A DNA stretch of 32,000 bases from positions 600,001 to 632,000 of the forward strand of contig NC_005072.1 of the NCBI RefSeq assembly GCF_000011465.1. The letters are read 5' to 3'. The notes beneath the pieces are model-generated. The model searched no databases, was not told where the DNA came from, and saw nothing but the letters and a program-made list of their open reading frames with translations. A program made the translations under genes and the position numbers. This document shows, piece by piece, positions 26,013 through 32,000 of the stretch. Every line of letters begins with the position of its first letter. Position 1 is the stretch's first letter. This DNA is from Prochlorococcus marinus subsp. pastoris str. CCMP1986. GTDB lineage: Bacteria; Cyanobacteriota; Cyanobacteriia; PCC-6307; Cyanobiaceae.

Positions 26013-26762
26013 ATGAAAACATATCTAGAAGAGAGACTTGAATGGTACGACCACAATTACAGAATAGGAAATTCCTTAATTACAGATAAACAATTTGATC
26101 AGTTAGAAAAAAATCTTTTAAGAATAGATCCTGATTGTGATTACTTCACTAATAAAAAATCTCTCCCATTACCTTCATTAAAAAAGAATTCTATTGATGA
26201 ATTTTTAGAAGGATTGCTACCTGATACTCGATTATTAATAGAACCTAAGATTGATGGCATTGCTATTGCTTTGCAATACAGAGATGGCACTTTAGAAAAG
26301 TCCATTTCTAGAAAAGGTATAGATGTCACAAACAAAATTGCTGAAATTCAAGACATTCCCCTCAAACTTCCTGTTTCAGGAATTTTGCAAATTAGAGGCG
26401 AACTTTTCACTCCAAATAGATCTCCCAACTTTTCCCAAAGAATTGCATCAGGCTTCGTCCGAGCTGCAGCAGGGTCTCCAGAAGGTATCAGCTTTTGCGG
26501 TTTCCAAATTATTAATGGAAAGCTTAATCAATACGAAACCATTCAATATCTTAAAAAACTTGGCTTCAACACCCCAGACATTAAAAGCTGTAATTACACA
26601 AGCCAAGTCCAAGTCTTTAGGAAACAATGGTTAGATAAAAAAATATTTACTGAATATCCAACTGACGGAATAGTAGTCAAAATAAATTCTAGAAAATTAC
26701 AATTAATTAGAGAGAAATCAAAGATTGATTATCCTCACTGGCAGATCGCCATAAAGGATTAA
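26013..26762 (+). CDS. Stand-alone NAD-dependent DNA ligase (LigA) domain Ia plus adenylation domain; OB, Zn, HhH and BRCT modules absent
   Basis: Has a domain Ia-like LEERLEWYDHNYRIGNSLITDKQFDQLEKNL, the catalytic-lysine motif EPKIDGIAIALQY, LQIRGELF, TDGIVVKIN, and ends at HWQIAIKD (equivalent to LigA WAIAYKF). Confidence 0.8.
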   Translation: MKTYLEERLEWYDHNYRIGNSLITDKQFDQLEKNLLRIDPDCDYFTNKKSLPLPSLKKNSIDEFLEGLLPDTRLLIEPKIDGIAIALQYRDGTLEKSISRKGIDVTNKIAEIQDIPLKLPVSGILQIRGELFTPNRSPNFSQRIASGFVRAAAGSPEGISFCGFQIINGKLNQYETIQYLKKLGFNTPDIKSCNYTSQVQVFRKQWLDKKIFTEYPTDGIVVKINSRKLQLIREKSKIDYPHWQIAIKD

Positions 26763-27255
26763 TGTTGTTTTTTGGAATAGGTAAAAAAGGAGATCTTCTT
26801 TTTAAAGACTCGTTATAAAGAAAAAACAACATGTAGCTGCGAGTGATCACTACACAAAAGTTGAAAAATGCTAGAGCCACACAAATAGGGCAATGTGGAA
26901 ATCCCATTAAAATTACGTTCTAAAGTTTGTTTTTCATTCTGTCTATAATGTTTATCATTTCATCTAGCCATTCTGAATTACTTTTTGACTGTCTCTTATG
27001 ATTTTGACTTCTTTGAATACTCATAAAATAAACCTTTTATAAATTTAGTTTATATTATTGGAAGAATTTATTGGGATCAATAAGCAAAAATACTAGATTG
27101 ATTGATATGACTTAGTTCTATTAATAAATCTATACAATTAATAAAAAAGGAACATAGGGGGTACTATTCGATATTAATCTTCATGAGGGAACTAAAGAAC
27201 AGGTTATTGTTTTTTTCAATGAAGAAGATATTAGATTACTTATTATCAAAATGAA

Positions 27256-27405
27256 TTAGCCAAAATTAACATTTTGTTGAAATATCCCAAATAAATTATT
27301 ACCAACTATGGCAGCAATAATTAAAACAAAGGCTACTATCGCAAAAAGAGCACTTACATCTTTAATATCATAAGGAGTTTTAAATAGAGGTTTTTCCTCT
27401 GTCAT
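27256..27405 (-). CDS. Unannotated 49-aa single-pass membrane peptide
   Basis: Hand translation gives MTEEKPLFKTPYDIKDVSALFAIVAFVLIIAAIVGNNLFGIFQQNVNFG*. A good Shine-Dalgarno (AAGAGGAAAAUC-AUG) precedes it. It falls below the track cutoff. Confidence 0.45.
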   Translation of the reverse strand: MTEEKPLFKTPYDIKDVSALFAIVAFVLIIAAIVGNNLFGIFQQNVNFG

Positions 27406-27531
27406 GATTTTCCTCTTAAGGTTTAATATTTAATCATCTTATATCATTGTTTGAAAGTACAATTGAGTATTTCTTCGCTTGACTTCAGATGTTGACTCGT
27501 TTTATAGAGTAACTAGTTACAAAGGAAGGTT

Positions 27532-27696
27532 ATGAAACTTACAACACCTTTTACTATCCTCAATAATTCACTGAATGACATATGGAGGATGCACGATTTT
27601 AATTATCAATTACCAAAAGATACTTTTAATGAGTACTGGGATGAGGAATGTATTTTGCATCCTACAAATTCTCATTGTAAAATTTATGATGGTTAG
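27532..27696 (+). CDS. Unannotated 54-aa CP12-like peptide (C-terminal Cys loop only)
   Basis: Hand translation gives MKLTTPFTILNNSLNDIWRMHDFNYQLPKDTFNEYWDEECILHPTNSHCKIYDG*. The C-terminal C-x3-P-x4-C-K-I-Y-D matches the CP12 GAPDH-binding loop (e.g. C..NP....EC[RK].YD), and WDEE resembles the CP12 AWD.VEE core. RBS AAGGAAGG lies upstream, and a strong terminator lies 30 nt downstream. Confidence 0.55.
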   Translation: MKLTTPFTILNNSLNDIWRMHDFNYQLPKDTFNEYWDEECILHPTNSHCKIYDG

Positions 27697-27728
27697 TTAT
27701 AAATTGAGATTCGGATATTTTGAGCCAT

Positions 27729-27765
27729 AAAAAAGGCCACGTAACGTGGCCTTTTTTTATTTTTG
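27729..27765. terminator. Bidirectional rho-independent terminator between convergent small genes
   Basis: A perfect GC-rich hairpin GGCCACG-uaa-CGUGGCC (27735..27751) is flanked by an A6 run upstream and a T7 run downstream. It therefore works on both strands. Confidence 0.75.
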
Positions 27766-27773
27766 TATAGTAA

Positions 27774-27875
27774 TTAACTTGTGTAAGCTTTGCCTCTATA
27801 AGTTAATTCTGTATGCTGTTTTTTTGCAGCTACTTTGTTTTGGACGTATTTTTGTCCTCTGTAGATAAGTGTCAT
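27774..27875 (-). CDS. Unannotated 33-aa YRG-repeat peptide (DUF4278-like)
   Basis: Hand translation gives MTLIYRGQKYVQNKVAAKKQHTELTYRGKAYTS*. The two Y-R-G-x-x-Y units are the hallmark of the small cyanobacterial peptides found downstream of the Downstream-peptide/glutamine-II RNA motif. SD GGAG lies 9 nt upstream, and the terminator is immediately downstream. Confidence 0.6.
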   Translation of the reverse strand: MTLIYRGQKYVQNKVAAKKQHTELTYRGKAYTS

Positions 27876-27972
27876 CTATTTTCTCCGGTTTCGCCCAAGT
27901 CCCCGTTCCATGGCTTAAGTCGATTTGCGGCTTGCATTATTACAAGTTGAACGTTTTGGTAGCGGTTGCTAC
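27876..27972 (-). promoter_or_regulatory. GC-rich structured 5' leader; candidate glutamine-binding (Downstream-peptide/glnA-like) riboswitch
   Basis: The minus strand reads GUAGCAACCGCUACCAAAACGUUCAACUUGUAAUAAUGCAAGCCGCAAAUCGACUUAAGCCAUGGAACGGGGACUUGGGCGAAACCGGAGAAAAUAG-AUG. The 5' CGUUCA can pair with the downstream GAACG. UUGG-GCGAAA-CCGG can sequester part of the SD. The last 53 nt are 31/53 G+C by hand count in a ~30% G+C genome. A -35 TTCACA (28007..28002), 17-nt spacer and -10 TAATAT (27984..27979) lie just upstream. Confidence 0.35.
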
Positions 27973-28177
27973 AAATTAATATTAACACATTGGTAATTTT
28001 TTGTGAAGGCTTTAAATGACATTTATACTATTTAATCGAAGAAAATTTATCTATTAAGTGATACGAAATCTCTTTTTAGAATAATTTAATGATTTAGACA
28101 GGTTACATTTTGTTCAATTAATCTATTTATTTTTAATAACTTTACTTTTTAAATGTAAAATTCAGAGGATTATAACG

Positions 28178-28378
28178 ATGTTTATGTTCTCAAGAAACAA
28201 AAAATCTCCTAGTAAAAAAGCTTCAGTAGTTGAAGAAAAACCTTTGTATGCGCAGTTACTTCCATTCGCGAATGTCATGACTGAGAAGGTTCAAGTGGTT
28301 AATGCTTTGGCTTTTACTTTAATAATGGGTGTTTCAATTTTTGGGATAGCTCTTTGGAGGCTTTCTGCTCTAACTTAA
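28178..28378 (+). CDS. Small hypothetical protein with a C-terminal TM helix
   Basis: A 66-aa ORF with ATG preceded by AGAGGA. It has a basic N-terminus and the hydrophobic segment ALAFTLIMGVSIFGIALW. Confidence 0.45.
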   Translation: MFMFSRNKKSPSKKASVVEEKPLYAQLLPFANVMTEKVQVVNALAFTLIMGVSIFGIALWRLSALT

Positions 28379-28382
28379 TTAT

Positions 28383-28646
28383 CTAATTTTTCAGAGAATT
28401 AATTTTTGACTCTTTGTCGTTAATCATTGTAATTAGCCACTTAGAAGCTAAAGCTCGAGATATAGATCTATTTTTAAGAAATCTACATATATAAATATGT
28501 AGATTTTTTTCGTTTCTAGAGTTAAATTTCTCTTCAAATTCTAATATTGATTCTTCTGTATTTCTTTTCCTAAGCACGTCTACTAAAGCATGAGTAGATG
28601 AATCATTAAAAAAATTACCAATATTTAAGCTTAATGTCATAGTCAA
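28383..28646 (-). CDS. Hypothetical protein
   Basis: An 87-aa ORF, convergent with 28178..28378 (4-nt gap). No motif recognised. Confidence 0.4.
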   Translation of the reverse strand: MTMTLSLNIGNFFNDSSTHALVDVLRKRNTEESILEFEEKFNSRNEKNLHIYICRFLKNRSISRALASKWLITMINDKESKINSLKN

Positions 28647-28725
28647 TTTATATACCTACTTAAGATGTAGCCATAAATTAAATTTTTAAACACAAAATTA
28701 AATTAATTTACAAATAATTTAATAT

Positions 28726-31059
28726 TTAATTTTCTGGTTTAGCTAACGGAAGTAAACACTTATCTGAATCACAACCAGCTGGTCCTGCTTCGGAGAGCTC
28801 TCCAATATCATATTTATTAAGTGCATCAAAGAAATCATTATTTACTTTCCTTTCAGTTACCTGTGCCTGCAAAGATAAATATTCCTCTTTACTTATAGGT
28901 TCAAAAGGTAATCTTGGGAATGTAGCATTTGCACTGAATCGAGCTAATAATGCTGCAGAAATATACCCTTCGTTATTTTCTATCGCATTATGTATTGCTT
29001 TTGCTAAATCTTCAATTTCACTTTCTCTAAATTCAACAGTTGCAGAAGTATTATGTTCTGTATAAAACTTTTGAACTTGCATATAAAAATCGAATTGTGC
29101 AAGGGCAGAGAAGTTATTGATATCTATTTGATCTGCTCCTTCTATGTTTGCCCAACTTACTTCTGTTGGAATTTCAACGAGCCATTCAGTACATCTTGGG
29201 TCAAATGGATTATCAAGTAAGCATCCTTTTTCATCTTTATCGGATTGAGATGGAACAACAGAGTAACCATAATCCATACAAGCTAAAGCGATAGGATCAT
29301 TCTTTCTGAAAGTTATTCTTCTTAAAAATCTTTGTGCTTTAGGTGGATGCCATCCAGGAGCAGCTCCAGTTAAAAGACTTTTGGTGCCAGCAGGTTGAAC
29401 TGTTGTGCATCTATTAGGTCTTCTGAGATTATGTTTGTCGCAGTATTCCCAAACAGTTTCTTTTACAGTTTTTCTCCATGAATCTAAGAATTTAGCTTCT
29501 TGCTTTTTAAATTCTTTTCCTTCTTCGTTGTCAGGTCTCCCAGCTTCCCACCATTTCAACCAAGGTGTTCCAAACGCATGTACAAAGAAATCAAATAATC
29601 CTGTAAAACTAACTCCCACAATAGGATCATACTCCCTACTTTTTCTATATCTCTCAACTTCGAATTCATGATTTAGTAAACATGCCACTGAAAGAGCTGC
29701 AGCTTTAAAGGCTTTTTTTTGTTCTTCAATATTTTCTGGATCTATTTGATTTAGGTGAACTTCGGCCAAGTTACAATGAAAATCGTTGCCTAATATTTCT
29801 CCGCAAGGATTAAGTCCATATCTACTCATTCTATGATCTAGTTCTTCTTCAGAAAAAGGTCCGTAATTTAGATTAATCCAATTTCTAGCTTCCTCTTTAC
29901 CTTGTTCCGAATATATTTCTATGAATTCATTTTTGAGATCTTCTCCTTTCAAAATATCTGCATTTGATCTTGCTATTGCTTCTGGCGCAAATTGAATTGC
30001 TCCTTCACCTGAATGAAATTGCTTGGTTACAGCATCCAGAATTGTTTGATAAGAGGGCTTTGTATGATAAACCCTTGTATGATTTGCCATTCTAAGAGCG
30101 TCCTTTTCAGGATCGATTCTCCAATTACCTTCTTCGTCTTGACTCCATAGATTCTCTTTAGCTGAGGCTGCTTCTTTGTCATCAGATGCAAACTGCCTCA
30201 TGCCAGCGCTTCTTCTTATATTACCTGCAACTATTGTTACAGCTGCTTCGTCAATAAGTAAGCAACACTCAACTGTATTTAGCTTTCTACCAATCGCTTT
30301 TCCTAATAAAGAAGCAACTCGAGAGTATAGATCCTTTAATTTAATAGGATTCGCCATACCTCCAAAACCTTTTAATGATTCTCCTGCTGGCCTAATATCT
30401 TCTAAGTTAATATGAACATTAACTTCTTTCTCAAGACTTTCATTGCTTGATGCTTCAAGAAGATATTTATAACTATCTACCCAGCCTCTTCTGCTATCCC
30501 CAACTTTTATAAAAATATCGTTTCCTTTAATTTCTAAAGAAGATTTTTCCTGCCTTTGATCTTTAGGAGTTATTCCTACTTCGCTTACTGATTTAATAGT
30601 TATTTTATTTTTTACTGTTGGAAGCTTATTTATAAAATGGGGCTCTATTATTGCTCCTGTGCCGCAACCCATCATTGCTAAATCCATCATTAAGGCAAAA
30701 GCTTCCCAATCAATTAAATTTGTCGAAGTACAATTATATGCTCCTGAAAAATTCTGGTTTTTATTAATCCATGGAGTCCCTCCGATCCATAACCATCTTC
30801 CAGATGGTTGAGCCTTTTGGTTGCTCTGCATTTCTCTCATTAACATCAATTCTTGATCAGAGAGTTTTCCTAATTCTTTTAATCCAGATAAATTTCTTTC
30901 TCCAACTTCACTCCAATTCTCTCTTTTCCCGGAAACTGTCTTTCTGCTATATGACCTAAAGAAGACAGGATAAGCAGCAGGAGCTGTTTTTGGGAAGTCA
31001 TCTTTTCTAAGATTATTAGAATTGCTCTCAGAGGAAGCTTTATTTGGTGCAATTGTCAC
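28726..31059 (-). CDS. nrdJ: Class II (adenosylcobalamin-dependent) ribonucleotide reductase
   Basis: The long ORF has class II RNR hallmarks (FFRSYSRK, NCTS..., NPCGEI active-site Cys context, SATVEF, C-terminal CxxxxC redox tail GCDSDKC). The track ORF runs to GTG 31134. The first 25 codons look non-conserved, so I prefer the in-frame GTG at 31059 (..TIAPNKASS..). Confidence 0.9.
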   Translation of the reverse strand: MTIAPNKASSESNSNNLRKDDFPKTAPAAYPVFFRSYSRKTVSGKRENWSEVGERNLSGLKELGKLSDQELMLMREMQSNQKAQPSGRWLWIGGTPWINKNQNFSGAYNCTSTNLIDWEAFALMMDLAMMGCGTGAIIEPHFINKLPTVKNKITIKSVSEVGITPKDQRQEKSSLEIKGNDIFIKVGDSRRGWVDSYKYLLEASSNESLEKEVNVHINLEDIRPAGESLKGFGGMANPIKLKDLYSRVASLLGKAIGRKLNTVECCLLIDEAAVTIVAGNIRRSAGMRQFASDDKEAASAKENLWSQDEEGNWRIDPEKDALRMANHTRVYHTKPSYQTILDAVTKQFHSGEGAIQFAPEAIARSNADILKGEDLKNEFIEIYSEQGKEEARNWINLNYGPFSEEELDHRMSRYGLNPCGEILGNDFHCNLAEVHLNQIDPENIEEQKKAFKAAALSVACLLNHEFEVERYRKSREYDPIVGVSFTGLFDFFVHAFGTPWLKWWEAGRPDNEEGKEFKKQEAKFLDSWRKTVKETVWEYCDKHNLRRPNRCTTVQPAGTKSLLTGAAPGWHPPKAQRFLRRITFRKNDPIALACMDYGYSVVPSQSDKDEKGCLLDNPFDPRCTEWLVEIPTEVSWANIEGADQIDINNFSALAQFDFYMQVQKFYTEHNTSATVEFRESEIEDLAKAIHNAIENNEGYISAALLARFSANATFPRLPFEPISKEEYLSLQAQVTERKVNNDFFDALNKYDIGELSEAGPAGCDSDKCLLPLAKPEN

Positions 31060-31191
31060 GATAAAAAAAGTATGTAAATTTACCCGTAAAGGAAGAATAA
31101 CTCTACCTGTGGCGTCTGCAACTATTCTTACCACTATTTAACGGTTTGTGTAAAAATATGTTTATTATGAAATCTTTGTTCACGGAAGTTT

Positions 31192-31887
31192 ATGGAAAGA
31201 ACTGTTGAACCTGAATTAATGGAAAGAGAAGATCAAGTTGATTCTTATGCTAAAGCTGACTTTTCAGAGGGAGAGAATAATCTTATTAGTCAAATAAATC
31301 ATTACTTGATTAAAAATAATATTTATTTGAGTGAAAAAGAATTGATTGTTGATTTAGGATGCGGGCCTGGCAATATTTCTGAAAAGTTATCAACTAAATG
31401 GCCTAATGCCAATGTTATTGGTATTGATGGCTCCAAAGAGATGATTCGAATAGCTGAGTTAAATAAAAAGAATTCCTTAAATCGGAGTCGATTAAAAAAT
31501 TTGCGTTACATTTGTGCAGATATAAAAAGCCTTAAATCAAGTGATATTTCTTTCGAAAAAAATATAAGTTTATTAGTCAGCAACAGTTTAATTCACCATA
31601 TTACTTATCTGGATGATTTTTTTAATTGCATAAAGAGATTATCAAGTGATTTGACTATAAATTTTCATAAAGATCTTAAAAGACCGATTGATGAACAATC
31701 AGCTTTATATTTAAAGGAAAAATGTGGGGAAAAATATAATGAAATTCTGACTAATGATTATTACGCATCATTAAAGGCTTCTTACACATCAAAGGAATTA
31801 AAAGATTTTATTTTTGAGAATAAATTATCCTCTTTAGAGGTGTTCGAAGAAGGTGATCAATATTTAGTCATTTATGGTAAGGTTTAG
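31192..31887 (+). CDS. Class I SAM-dependent methyltransferase
   Basis: Has motif I VDLGCGPGNISEKL, a post-I acidic residue (GIDGS) and motif II/III spacing typical of the Methyltransf_11/25 fold. Substrate unknown. Confidence 0.8.
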   Translation: MERTVEPELMEREDQVDSYAKADFSEGENNLISQINHYLIKNNIYLSEKELIVDLGCGPGNISEKLSTKWPNANVIGIDGSKEMIRIAELNKKNSLNRSRLKNLRYICADIKSLKSSDISFEKNISLLVSNSLIHHITYLDDFFNCIKRLSSDLTINFHKDLKRPIDEQSALYLKEKCGEKYNEILTNDYYASLKASYTSKELKDFIFENKLSSLEVFEEGDQYLVIYGKV

Positions 31888-31916
31888 AGTTAATGGGATT
31901 GTTAAAATAGAATTTA

Positions 31917-32000
31917 ATGAGTTCAAGTACTGAAAACTTAAATAATAAAAATATCTTAGAGGCGGTAAATAAAAGAAGGAACTTTGCGATTATTTCACAT
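31917..32000 (+). CDS. prfC: Peptide chain release factor 3, first 28 codons only (runs off the window end)
   Basis: Hand translation gives MSSSTENLNNKNILEAVNKRRNFAIISH..., and RRNFAIISHPDAGKTT is the conserved PrfC N-terminus leading into the G1 motif. Confidence 0.8.
   Translation, partial: MSSSTENLNNKNILEAVNKRRNFAIISH

Noticed and set aside
26763-26820. A short frame after the LigA-fragment stop reads MLFFGIGKKGDLLFKDSL. It vaguely recalls the LigA OB-fold VGRTGALTP segment and could be a pseudogene remnant.
   Set aside because: The spacing from the AYKF-equivalent is wrong (about 5 residues versus about 17). The match is only G..G.L, and a stop follows after 18 codons. It needs tblastn before any claim can be made.
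27479-27508. Tandem TTGACT boxes and a TATAGA/TTATAG element could form a promoter for the CP12-like ORF.
   Set aside because: This is plausible (17-18 nt spacing from the first TTGACT), but the -10 is weak. Without TSS data I cannot support it as a feature.
31070-31083. A second perfect GTA-N8-TAC (NtcA-like) palindrome lies just upstream of the preferred nrdJ GTG start.
   Set aside because: It sits 11 nt from the start codon rather than near -41.5. If the long ORF is real, it falls inside the coding region. I roughly estimate about ten chance occurrences of this motif per 32 kb at ~30% G+C. Nothing else supports nitrogen control of nrdJ.

Overview
The window is a very AT-rich, tightly packed chromosomal segment. 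Its gene content points to a marine picocyanobacterium, most likely a high-light-type Prochlorococcus: CrtL lycopene cyclase, POR-like SDR, Tic20-like protein, CP12-like peptide, pentapeptide-repeat protein, CbiX, class II RNR NrdJ, and MetY/MetA direct sulfhydrylation. I support about 45 features, including one tRNA-Ser(UGA) and two rho-independent terminators. I saw no rRNA, CRISPR array, transposase, integrase or phage genes, so this looks like core genome rather than a mobile island.

Most of it is ordinary housekeeping: carotenoid, methionine, cobalamin, dNTP, glyoxalase, rRNA modification and prfC genes. These items deserve a second look:
1. A GC-rich structured leader with a sigma70-like promoter and a GTA-N8-TAC palindrome sits in front of an unannotated 33-aa YRG-repeat peptide (27774..28007). 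It is a candidate glutamine-II/Downstream-peptide riboswitch with gif-like regulatory logic.
2. A StpA-like phosphatase and the radical SAM gene arsS appear to form an operon, divergent from a degenerate GpsA-like gene (6272..10122). No arsM or ggpS is nearby. I speculate this block could be the unknown glycerol-conjugation arm of arsenosugar synthesis.
3. An unannotated 54-aa peptide carries only the CP12 C-terminal GAPDH-binding loop.
4. A stand-alone LigA adenylation domain lies next to tRNA-Ser, with a stand-alone BRCT-like ORF 1.4 kb upstream.
5. A translationally coupled module contains a ribbon-helix-helix protein, with an inverted repeat at its start.

All functional calls come from reading motifs by eye and have not been checked by database search.
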